Shown here in pieces: positions 18,875 to 26,096 of a stretch of DNA of 64,000 nucleotides. Location of the stretch: assembly GCA_944380265.1 (NCBI GenBank), contig CALWGY010000001.1, forward strand, positions 229,697-293,696, read 5' to 3'. The stretch is from an uncultured Clostridia bacterium (GTDB lineage Bacteria > Bacillota > Clostridia > Christensenellales > UBA1242). How positions within the stretch are numbered: the first letter of the stretch is position 1; every line of letters begins with the position of its first letter. Both the position numbers and the translations under genes were made by a program. A model generated the notes under the pieces. The model made no database searches, was not told where the DNA came from, and saw only the letters and a list, made by a program, of their open reading frames with translations.

Positions 18875-21169
18875 TTATTTTTTCTTTTTATGTTTTGCTT
18901 TTACAGTTTTTGTTTTATTAAACTTTGTTGCAAAAATTCTAACAGCATTCAAAATTGCAAGAACACTAACACCAACATCGGCAAAAATTGCTAAATACAT
19001 TGGTGCCAAGTTGAAAATTCCTAAAATCATTATTGCAAGTTTTATAACTAAACAAAAAACAATGTTTTCTATTGCAATTTTGCGTGTTTTTTGTGCAATG
19101 GTTATGGAATCGTTTATGGAATTTATGTCGTCTGTCATAATTACAACATCGGAATATTCAATGGCACTATCACTTCCCTTAATTCCCATTGCATAGCCAA
19201 CAAAAGCGCTGTTTAACACTGGTGCATCGTTAACGCCATCTCCAACAAATCCAACAGAATTAAATTCTTTTTCAATTTTTTCAAATTCTTCAACTTTTTC
19301 TTGTGGCAAAAGATTACATTTGAAATCATCAACTCCAACATCATATGAAACATATTGAGCGGTTGCTTTGTTGTCGCCTGTTAACATTATTGTTTTAATA
19401 CTTTTACTTTTTAAACTTTCAATTGCAGGTTTTGCAGTTTCTTTTATAACATCAGAAACAACAACATAACCCAAATATTCTTTATTTTTTGCAACATAAA
19501 TTATTGTTCCTGCAACTTCTTGCGGAGTGAATTTTATTTTTTTGCTTTTTAACAACTTTTCGTTTCCACAAACAACTTCGTTTCCTTCAATGGTTGCAAC
19601 CACACCCTGCCCCATAATTTCTTTTGATGCAGAAATTAAGTTTTGATTAATTTTGTTGTTTCCAACAATGCACTTTGCAATTGGATGATTTGATGTGCTT
19701 TCAGCGTAAACTAATAACCTTAACATTTCGTTTTTGTTATCTTCTGCGCAAACTTCAGAAATTTTGAATTCGCCTTTTGTTATTGTTCCTGTTTTATCAA
19801 AACAAATTGCTTTTAATGAATTTATGTTATCTAAAACATTTGCTCCTTTAATTAACAAGCCATTTTTTGCACTTAGCCCTAAACCGCAATAATATGTTAG
19901 AGGAATTGAAATTACTAATGCACATGGGCAAGAAATAACTAAGAACACTGCCGCTCTTTTAACACCACCAACAATTCCATTTGAATAAAGTGGGAACAAA
20001 GCAAACAACAAAACTGCAATTAAAACAATAATTGGTGTGTAATATTTTGCAAATTTTGTTATAAAGTTTTCTGCTTTTGATTTTTTTGCTGAATTGTTTT
20101 CAACCAAATCCAAAATTTTTGCAACAGTTGAGTTTTCATATAAACTTAAAACCTTTGCATAAACTGGATTTGTTAAGTTTATTGACCCAGAATAAATTTT
20201 TGTGTTAACACTTGCATATTTTGGCATGCTTTCGCCAGTTATGGAACTTGTGTTAAAGTTTGTTTCTGATTTTATTATTTCAACATCGGTTGGCACTTTT
20301 TCGCCAACTTTTATTAAAATTATATCATTAACTTGCAACTCTTCTGGTTTTACAACTTCAACTTTTCCATCAACAATTTTGTTTGCGTATTCCGACTTTA
20401 AATTTATTATGTTACCAATTGCCGAACGTGATTTTTGAACAGCATGGTTTTGGAACAATTCACCAATTTGATATAAAAGCATTACGGAAACTGCTTCTGG
20501 CATTTCCTGAATGCAAAATGCTGCAATGGAAGCAATACTCATTAAAAAACGTTCATCTAAAAACTTTCCTTTAATTATGTTTTTTATTGCGCCCCAAATA
20601 ACATCGTAGCCCACAACTAAATATGAAACAATGAAAATTAAAAACTTCCACCAAAAGCCAATTGGCAACGTTAAACCTAAAATAAACAAAAACGCACTAA
20701 TATAAACTCTAATAAAATCATAGTTAAACCAATTAATTTTATATTTTTCTTCTTTCAACTTAACTTTTTCAGAAAAATTTTCAAGTTCTGGAAGTTCGTT
20801 TAAATTTTCTTCTTCAATAAGTTTGTTAATTTGTTCATCGGAAACATGAGCATGATTAACATTTGAAACTGTTACAACATTGTTTTTAAAGTTTTTGTTT
20901 TTGCTTTTTGCCTTTAATGAATCCAAATATTTTTGCTTACTTAAATTTTTAACAATAACATTTGGCAAAACTTTGCTTGTTACCTGTTGCAACATATCTT
21001 CAAGTTCTTGTTCAGTTTTAGTAAAATTATCTGTGGTTTCAACATACAATTTTAAATCAACAAAACTAAGGCTGGCACTTTTAATGTAACTAAGTTTTTT
21101 AATTGCACCTTCTAGTTTGCTTGCACAAACCGCACAATCAACACCAACAAGTTTAAAATTAACCTTCAT
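18875..21169 (-). CDS. cadA: heavy-metal (Cd/Zn/Co-type) translocating P1B-ATPase
   Basis: N-terminal HMA domain with CAVC, plus CPC (SCPCALVIS), DKTGT and GDGVNDAP. ATG 21169 is preceded by AAGGAG. The ORF-track GTG 21187 adds 6 residues. Confidence 0.9.
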   Translation of the reverse strand: MKVNFKLVGVDCAVCASKLEGAIKKLSYIKSASLSFVDLKLYVETTDNFTKTEQELEDMLQQVTSKVLPNVIVKNLSKQKYLDSLKAKSKNKNFKNNVVTVSNVNHAHVSDEQINKLIEEENLNELPELENFSEKVKLKEEKYKINWFNYDFIRVYISAFLFILGLTLPIGFWWKFLIFIVSYLVVGYDVIWGAIKNIIKGKFLDERFLMSIASIAAFCIQEMPEAVSVMLLYQIGELFQNHAVQKSRSAIGNIINLKSEYANKIVDGKVEVVKPEELQVNDIILIKVGEKVPTDVEIIKSETNFNTSSITGESMPKYASVNTKIYSGSINLTNPVYAKVLSLYENSTVAKILDLVENNSAKKSKAENFITKFAKYYTPIIVLIAVLLFALFPLYSNGIVGGVKRAAVFLVISCPCALVISIPLTYYCGLGLSAKNGLLIKGANVLDNINSLKAICFDKTGTITKGEFKISEVCAEDNKNEMLRLLVYAESTSNHPIAKCIVGNNKINQNLISASKEIMGQGVVATIEGNEVVCGNEKLLKSKKIKFTPQEVAGTIIYVAKNKEYLGYVVVSDVIKETAKPAIESLKSKSIKTIMLTGDNKATAQYVSYDVGVDDFKCNLLPQEKVEEFEKIEKEFNSVGFVGDGVNDAPVLNSAFVGYAMGIKGSDSAIEYSDVVIMTDDINSINDSITIAQKTRKIAIENIVFCLVIKLAIMILGIFNLAPMYLAIFADVGVSVLAILNAVRIFATKFNKTKTVKAKHKKKK

Positions 21170-21479
21170 TGTTCTGCTCCTTTTCACTAACGTGAATCCT
21201 ACAAATGTTTAACAAGATGTTAATGTGCTCATCAATTAAAAAATATGTTACATAGTTGCCATTTTTTTTGCTGCCAACAATATAATTATTTTTTAAAATT
21301 TTAAGTTGATGTGAAACTAACGATTGCGAACTTGATGTTACTTGGGCTAATTCGTTAACTGTTTTTTCACTTTCAAGCAGTGAAAAAATTAGTTTTAATC
21401 TGGTGGTGTCACCAATAATTTTAAATATATTACCAACACGTTCAATTTCTTCATTGGTTGGCGGTGTGAACTTTTCCAT
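21159..21479 (-). CDS. cadC: ArsR/SmtB (CadC-like) metal-responsive repressor
   Basis: 106-aa ORF with winged HTH LAQVTSSSQSLVSHQLKILK. It overlaps the cadA start, and palindromic operators lie upstream. Confidence 0.85.
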   Translation of the reverse strand: MEKFTPPTNEEIERVGNIFKIIGDTTRLKLIFSLLESEKTVNELAQVTSSSQSLVSHQLKILKNNYIVGSKKNGNYVTYFLIDEHINILLNICRIHVSEKEQNNEG

Positions 21480-21510
21480 AAAAATCCTTTTGAACTGTTA
21501 TTAATATGGT

Positions 21511-21530
21511 ATATGAATTTTGGTTCATAT
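21511..21530. promoter_or_regulatory. candidate CadC/ArsR operator 1
   Basis: Inverted repeat ATATGAA-N6-TTCATAT, located between the predicted promoter and the cadC RBS. Confidence 0.6.
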
Positions 21531-21541
21531 TCGTTACAACT

Positions 21542-21570
21542 AGTATATGAAAAGTTGTTCATATTGTCAA
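21542..21570 (-). promoter_or_regulatory. sigma-A-type promoter of cadC-cadA
   Basis: Minus strand reads TTGACA (21570-21565), a 17-nt spacer, then TATACT (21547-21542). Confidence 0.65.
21545..21564. promoter_or_regulatory. candidate CadC/ArsR operator 2 (overlaps promoter spacer)
   Basis: A second ATATGAA-N6-TTCATAT inverted repeat, 34 bp from the first. Confidence 0.6.
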
Positions 21571-21771
21571 CAAAAAATTTTAATTAATTTTAAAAAATAA
21601 TTATTCAATGATATTTATAATTATGCATTAACAAACTTTTTTATAATTAGGCATTTTATGCGTTAATTTTTTTAAAGTTTAGAAGTTGTTTTGTTAATTT
21701 TTTAAAAAACTTTAAACTCATTTTGAATTAATAAGTTTAAATTGAATTAAAAATAAGTTTGTTAATTAAAA

Positions 21772-21794
21772 CAAAAAAACCACAAAAATGTGGT
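21772..21794 (-). terminator. rho-independent terminator after metG
   Basis: Hairpin CCACA-AAAA-TGTGG (21780-21793), flanked by A- and T-runs. Confidence 0.6.
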
Positions 21795-21811
21795 TTTTTT
21801 TAAAATTTTAA

Positions 21812-23803
21812 TTAACCTTCATATTGCCATTCTGGTTTTTTAAAGAAATCTTGTTTTGGTTCTAAGAATGTTGGTTTATGATTTTTTGGGTCTTTTACAA
21901 AGAAATATATGTCTTTTTCAATGTTTTTCCAATCAAAAATGGATTTGTCTAGTTTCAAAAACTCAACAACATGTTCAACACTGTCTGGTGCAATTGGATG
22001 CAACAGTGTTAAAGCCACACGTGACATGTAAAGTGCATCAACCAAAATTTGTTTGCCCTTTTCGGTGTTCGCTAAGTCATTAGAATAACCTGTTAGGGTT
22101 TTATTTATGTTTCTAATTAAAGTGTCAAGTTCGTAGCAAACCATGTGGAATTTGTGTTCATAAACTGCTTTTTCATATTTTAAAATTGTGCATAAACATT
22201 CATTTTTAACATTTTCACTAACTTCGCCATATGGCATTATTCCATCATAATCTTTTTGCCATGTGTAGCAAAGAGTTCTTAAAACACGATTGAACACATT
22301 GGTTAATAAGTTATATTCCCTAACAACTGGGTCTTGTTCGTTTGGATTTGCATCTGGGTTTAGTGGTTTAGGCATAAAACTTGCACTATTATTTCCAACA
22401 TTCATTCCTAAAAAGTGGAAACGCAATTGTTCGGCGCTGTAATATTTTAAAAGATCGTTTGCCATTGGTGGTTTTACTGCTGAACTTGAACTTGCTTTTT
22501 TGTTTAGAAACAAAGTGTGTTTGTTTGCAACAATTTGAGGAATTGACAAATCTCCTTCTTTAACATTTATGGTTGGGTTTTCGCCTTGCATTGCAAACCA
22601 CATTGCTGTTTGTGCTGGACCATAGAAATATATGTTGTCTTCGCCAATAAATTGATAAACTTTTGCATCTTTTGAGCACCACCAATCTTTTAATGTGTTT
22701 TCTTGTTTGGTTTCCATTAAATAGGTTTTAGTGAATGATATTGGTGCCCACAAACTTTCTGGCCAACACCAGAAAGTTAGGTTTTTAAGTTCTTTTGTGT
22801 CGGGTGCTTTAACTCCCCACTCAATGTTTCCTGTTAATCTAAATGGAACAAGTGTTTTGCCAGTTCGGTAACGTATTCCATTTTTTGTTAAAATTTCACA
22901 AGCCAATTCGCGGTTTGCAAGTTTTTCAAATTTTACAGTGAATGATGGTTTGTTATCAACAATAACTTCATGTTTTGGCAAGTTTGTTATTTTGTTAAAT
23001 TCTTCCAAATATTCTTTTTTAATGTAAAGTTCTGGCTTTTTCAAAAACTCGTTAATTTCTTTTATAACATAACTTCTTGTTGGCGTTTTTTCACTTAAAT
23101 ATGTTGTCCATTCTTTTAACAAATCAATGTAGTTATCCAAATTAAAATACCAGTTGCCAATTTCTTTTAAAACTGGTTTTTTACCAGATAGCGTGCTAAT
23201 TGGGTCTATTAATTCTTCTGGCATGTATTGATGTCCCAAATCGCATTCATCAGCATAAGCGTGTTCGCTTGCACATCCTTCAAATGGGCATTTACCCATA
23301 ACTTGGCGACCATTTAAAAATGTTTGTTTTTCTTCATCATAAAATTGCAAAGTTTTTAAAGCACTTAAATTTTTTGTTTCCATTAATCTGTTAAAAACAT
23401 CTTCCGACATTTTTTGATGAACATCTTTTGATTTGCCTAATCCAGATGCTCCAAAATAGTTTAATGAAATGTTGTAACTACTTAAAATTTGTTTGTGGAT
23501 TTTATGAAATTTTGAAACATACTCTGTAATGCTTCCTTCAAACTCTTTTTTCTCAATTGCTTTTCTATATCCTTCCATTGCAGGGCTTCCATAGCAATCG
23601 GTGCCTGAAACATAAATAACATTTTTTTCTCCAATCCTGTCACGCAAAAAACGTGCAAAAAAATCGGAATGGATAAACAATGTTATGTGTCCGCAATGCA
23701 AAGATTTGTTGCCATATGGCATGCCTGATGTTACAATTGCCCTTGTTGGCCACACTGGTCTACGTTCTTTCATTCTGTTTAAAACTTCTGCTGTAATTCC
23801 CAT
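21812..23803 (-). CDS. metG: methionine--tRNA ligase
   Basis: 663-aa ORF with class I HIGH-type motif (SLHCGHI), a Cys-knuckle insertion (CPFEGC...) and a helical anticodon-binding domain. RBS is AAGGAGA. Confidence 0.93.
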   Translation of the reverse strand: MGITAEVLNRMKERRPVWPTRAIVTSGMPYGNKSLHCGHITLFIHSDFFARFLRDRIGEKNVIYVSGTDCYGSPAMEGYRKAIEKKEFEGSITEYVSKFHKIHKQILSSYNISLNYFGASGLGKSKDVHQKMSEDVFNRLMETKNLSALKTLQFYDEEKQTFLNGRQVMGKCPFEGCASEHAYADECDLGHQYMPEELIDPISTLSGKKPVLKEIGNWYFNLDNYIDLLKEWTTYLSEKTPTRSYVIKEINEFLKKPELYIKKEYLEEFNKITNLPKHEVIVDNKPSFTVKFEKLANRELACEILTKNGIRYRTGKTLVPFRLTGNIEWGVKAPDTKELKNLTFWCWPESLWAPISFTKTYLMETKQENTLKDWWCSKDAKVYQFIGEDNIYFYGPAQTAMWFAMQGENPTINVKEGDLSIPQIVANKHTLFLNKKASSSSAVKPPMANDLLKYYSAEQLRFHFLGMNVGNNSASFMPKPLNPDANPNEQDPVVREYNLLTNVFNRVLRTLCYTWQKDYDGIMPYGEVSENVKNECLCTILKYEKAVYEHKFHMVCYELDTLIRNINKTLTGYSNDLANTEKGKQILVDALYMSRVALTLLHPIAPDSVEHVVEFLKLDKSIFDWKNIEKDIYFFVKDPKNHKPTFLEPKQDFFKKPEWQYEG

Positions 23804-23828
23804 AAAAATCTCCTTGTAATTACATATA

Positions 23829-23977
23829 ATATTATCGGAAGTTTTGTCTGCAAGCGCCGTTAGGCATTTGCAAGCAAAACTAATGTTTTTTCAAACTGCA
23901 GTGGCACAAGTTATTGTGCAAGTTGCGTTAGTAAACTTTAAAATTTAACTTGTTTAAATTTTAACACCTCATAGTTT
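23829..23977. repeat. structured tandem-repeat unit 1 (149 nt)
   Basis: Starts ATATTATCGGAAGTT. H1 23841-23880 caps GCC-GTTA-GGC. P1 5' strand 23893-23903. H2 23904-23919 (GCACAA-GTTA-TTGTGC). H3 23920-23938. H4 23940-23962 (AAAATTTAA-CTTGT-TTAAATTTT). P1 3' strand 23965-23977. Confidence 0.85.
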
Positions 23978-24122
23978 ATATTATCGGAAGTTGTAGGCAA
24001 GCAGCCCGCAGGGATATTTGCATACAACTGATGGTTATTCAAACTGTGATGCCACAATTTATTGTGGAATTGCCATCGGCAATTTAAAATTTGCTTGTTC
24101 AAATTTTAATATCACGTAGTTT
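23978..24122. repeat. structured tandem-repeat unit 2 (145 nt)
   Basis: H1 23990-24028 (GTTGTAGGCAA / TTGCATACAAC around CCC-GCA-GGG). P1 24041-24051 with 24111-24122 (GTGAT/ATCAC). H2 24052-24067 (CCACAA-TTTA-TTGTGG). H3 24068-24084 (AATTGCC-ATC-GGCAATT). H4 24086-24107. Confidence 0.85.
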
Positions 24123-24271
24123 ATATTATCGGAAGTTGAAGGCAAGCAGCCCGTAAGGGACAAAAGCATACAACTGATGTTTATTCAAACTGCGGTGACA
24201 CAATTTATTGTGTGGTTTGCATAGGCAAACATTAAAATTTAACTTGCTTAAATTTTAACACCTCATAGTTT
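24123..24271. repeat. structured tandem-repeat unit 3 (149 nt)
   Basis: H1 24135-24174 (cap CCC-GTAA-GGG). P1 24187-24197 with 24259-24271 (GGTG/CACC, AAACT/AGTTT). H2 24198-24213 (ACACAA-TTTA-TTGTGT). H3 24215-24230 (GTTTGC-ATAG-GCAAAC). H4 24234-24256. Confidence 0.85.
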
Positions 24272-24348
24272 ATATTATCACACAAAAATGAAATTAGGCA
24301 ACTTTTATAAAACATAATTCAAAAAAATCCCCAAAAATGGTGGTATTT

Positions 24349-24490
24349 TAATTATCGGAAATTGTTGTCAAGCAGCCCGCAGGGACATTTGACAGCAACT
24401 GATGGTTATTCAAACTGCGGTGACACAAGTTATTGTGTGGTTTGCGTAAGCAAACATTAAAATTAAAATATAATTATAAATTTTACACAA
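24349..24490. repeat. structured tandem-repeat unit 4 (3' part degenerate)
   Basis: H1 24362-24398 (10 bp, TTGTTGTCAA/TTGACAGCAA, with one T.G pair). P1 5' strand 24412-24422. H2 24423-24438. H3 24440-24455 (GTTTGC-GTAA-GCAAAC). H4 and the P1 3' strand are not recognisable. Confidence 0.75.
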
Positions 24491-24541
24491 CATATTTTTA
24501 TATCAGGTTTTAAAATTAAACCAATTTTTTTATGGTGGAAA

Positions 24542-24739
24542 ATGTATTTTAATTATCATGCAAAAGCAAAAAACTTAATTAAAAATGGGAAATTAATTGA
24601 TTACAAAATTGTTGAAAAATATAACAACATTTCGCCTGCTTTGCTTCTAATTTTTGATGAATTAATTATGCCAATAAGACAACATAGGTGGCAGGAATAT
24701 TTTGATTTGATTGAACAAATGAATGCTGATGAAAAATAA
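24542..24739 (+). CDS. small hypothetical protein (65 aa)
   Basis: ORF MYFNYHAKAKNLIKNGKLIDYKIVEKYNNISPALLLIFDELIMPIRQHRWQEYFDLIEQ has a globular-looking, non-low-complexity composition. It ends 57 nt before a plus-strand terminator. The SD is weak (GGTGGA only 2-3 nt from the ATG). Confidence 0.45.
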   Translation: MYFNYHAKAKNLIKNGKLIDYKIVEKYNNISPALLLIFDELIMPIRQHRWQEYFDLIEQMNADEK

Positions 24740-24796
24740 AATACTTAATTAGTTTTGCGTTGTTTGTGTTAATGGTTGCATTGTCAATCAAATATT

Positions 24797-24830
24797 AAAA
24801 AACAAGAATGTGGTTAATTCTTGTTTTTTA
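24797..24830 (+). terminator. rho-independent terminator after the small plus-strand ORF
   Basis: Hairpin AACAAGAAT(24801-24809)/ATTCTTGTT(24817-24825) followed by TTTT. It overlaps the stop codon of the convergent gene 24814..25458. Confidence 0.5.
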
Positions 24831-25458
24831 CAATTTTACTAAATGTGTTGTTTGTTAGCATTTCCTTTTTTTGTTTTAGTTCTGTTTCAAATTCCTTCAA
24901 GTAATTTTTTACTGCACTTTCTGTGTCATATTTTTCTTTGTCACCAAACAAACTTGTGTTTTTTGCACGTTCCCATTCACACTTGCAATATATGGTTGAA
25001 TATGTTTGCAAATATTCAATTCCGGTTTTTAATGTTTCAAAAATTTTTTCTTTTTCTTTTTTTGTTATGGTTTGAACATTTAAAATATAATTGAACAGCA
25101 AATCGTTTAATGCATTAAGCGTTTCACGCATTTCAATTTCGGCTGTGCCCTTATAGTTTATCGCATAAAAAATTTGTGATTTGTTGTATTCAAACTTTTT
25201 AAATTCTTCATTCAAATTTGCATTGGGTGTCATAAAAGAATAAATACTTTCAAAACAGTTGCTTAAACTTTGTTTTAAGTTTTGCATGGTTATTACCCTA
25301 TTGGAAGTTATTAAGTCAGTGTAACGCTTTTTCTTGTTTGTTGATGCTGTTACAATGATGTTTACAATAACACCGCCCAAAGATAAAATTCCAACAATAA
25401 ATGTTGCTAAGTTAAATTCGTTTGATAATGCCACACTAAGCAAATTAGATATGCTCAT
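24814..25458 (-). CDS. hypothetical membrane-anchored protein
   Basis: 214-aa ORF with one N-terminal TM helix (FIVGILSLGGVIVNIIVTA). The rest is helical and charged. I recognise no family. Confidence 0.6.
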   Translation of the reverse strand: MSISNLLSVALSNEFNLATFIVGILSLGGVIVNIIVTASTNKKKRYTDLITSNRVITMQNLKQSLSNCFESIYSFMTPNANLNEEFKKFEYNKSQIFYAINYKGTAEIEMRETLNALNDLLFNYILNVQTITKKEKEKIFETLKTGIEYLQTYSTIYCKCEWERAKNTSLFGDKEKYDTESAVKNYLKEFETELKQKKEMLTNNTFSKIVKNKN

Positions 25459-25689
25459 ATTTTTACCTTCCCACCAAAATTTTGTGTGTTATGTGTTAAA
25501 TTTTGCAATGTTAATTATTTTAGTTAAATTTTGTTATTACTAACACAAAACACCTAACACATAAATAATACCACAAAAATTGCATCAAACCAATAATTAC
25601 CAGCAAAATATGGGTATTAACTTTAAATTTTGAGCAAAAATAATATTACAAAGTAATTTAACTTTGTAATTTATGGGAGGTGAACTGAT

Positions 25690-25971
25690 ATGGCAAGTAA
25701 CAAAACTACTGCAAAATCTACTAACAGCACAAAAGCTTCTAGTTCAAGAGCTAAAACCAGTGCTAGAACAAGAGCAAAAAGTTCAACTGAAAGTTCTAAT
25801 TCAACAACATCAAACAGAACTTCCAATAAAACTTCTTCTTCTCGTGCCACATCAAAAATGTCTGGTATGGGAACAAGTGCAAAAAGCACAAACTCTGCAT
25901 CTCGCTTAGGTAGATCATGTTCAAAAACCACAGGCAAAACTAATGCTAAATCAAATAATAAAAAAGCATAG
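25690..25971 (+). CDS. small, extremely basic Ser/Thr/Lys/Asn-rich protein (93 aa)
   Basis: ATG is 9 nt after a strong SD (GGGAGGTGA, 25675-25683). A clean terminator follows immediately. The sequence is low-complexity and lacks hydrophobic segments. Confidence 0.6.
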   Translation: MASNKTTAKSTNSTKASSSRAKTSARTRAKSSTESSNSTTSNRTSNKTSSSRATSKMSGMGTSAKSTNSASRLGRSCSKTTGKTNAKSNNKKA

Positions 25972-25975
25972 TTTG

Positions 25976-26009
25976 CAAAAAACATAGGCATTTTGCCTAT
26001 GTTTTTTTG
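25976..26009 (+). terminator. rho-independent terminator
   Basis: Hairpin CATAGGC-ATTTT-GCCTATG (25983-26001) followed by TTTTTTT. Confidence 0.75.
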
Positions 26010-26096
26010 TGTGTTTAATTAAAACAATTTAATAAAATATTATGTTTGATTATGATAGTTTAATTAAAAAATAACAACCAACTGGTTGCTATTCTT

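Noticed and set aside
24272-24283. TTATCACACA resembling a DnaA box (TTATCCACA)
   Set aside because: It is a single imperfect copy (one base missing) that coincides with the aborted repeat tag. There is no cluster of boxes, no AT-rich unwinding element pattern, and no dnaA/dnaN nearby.
23829-24490. Tandem repeats read as a CRISPR array, a T-box/tandem riboswitch for metG, or a ToxI-like type III antitoxin array
   Set aside because: A CRISPR array is unlikely because the units are 145-149 nt and contiguous, with no short-repeat/unique-spacer alternation and no cas genes. A T-box is unlikely because neither strand has a T-box core (GGTGGNACCRCG) or a specifier/antiterminator layout, unlike the clear thrS T-box at 9600-9871. 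A ToxI-like array is unlikely because known type III antitoxin repeats are about 36-45 nt and precede a toxin of about 170 aa, whereas here the downstream ORF is 65 aa with a weak RBS. I recognise no SAM-type riboswitch core motif.
25671-25991. 106-aa minus-strand ORF and 78-aa plus-strand alternative frame over the basic-protein gene
   Set aside because: Only the 25690 frame has a strong SD at correct spacing and a terminator right after its stop. The others are frame shadows of a low-complexity region.
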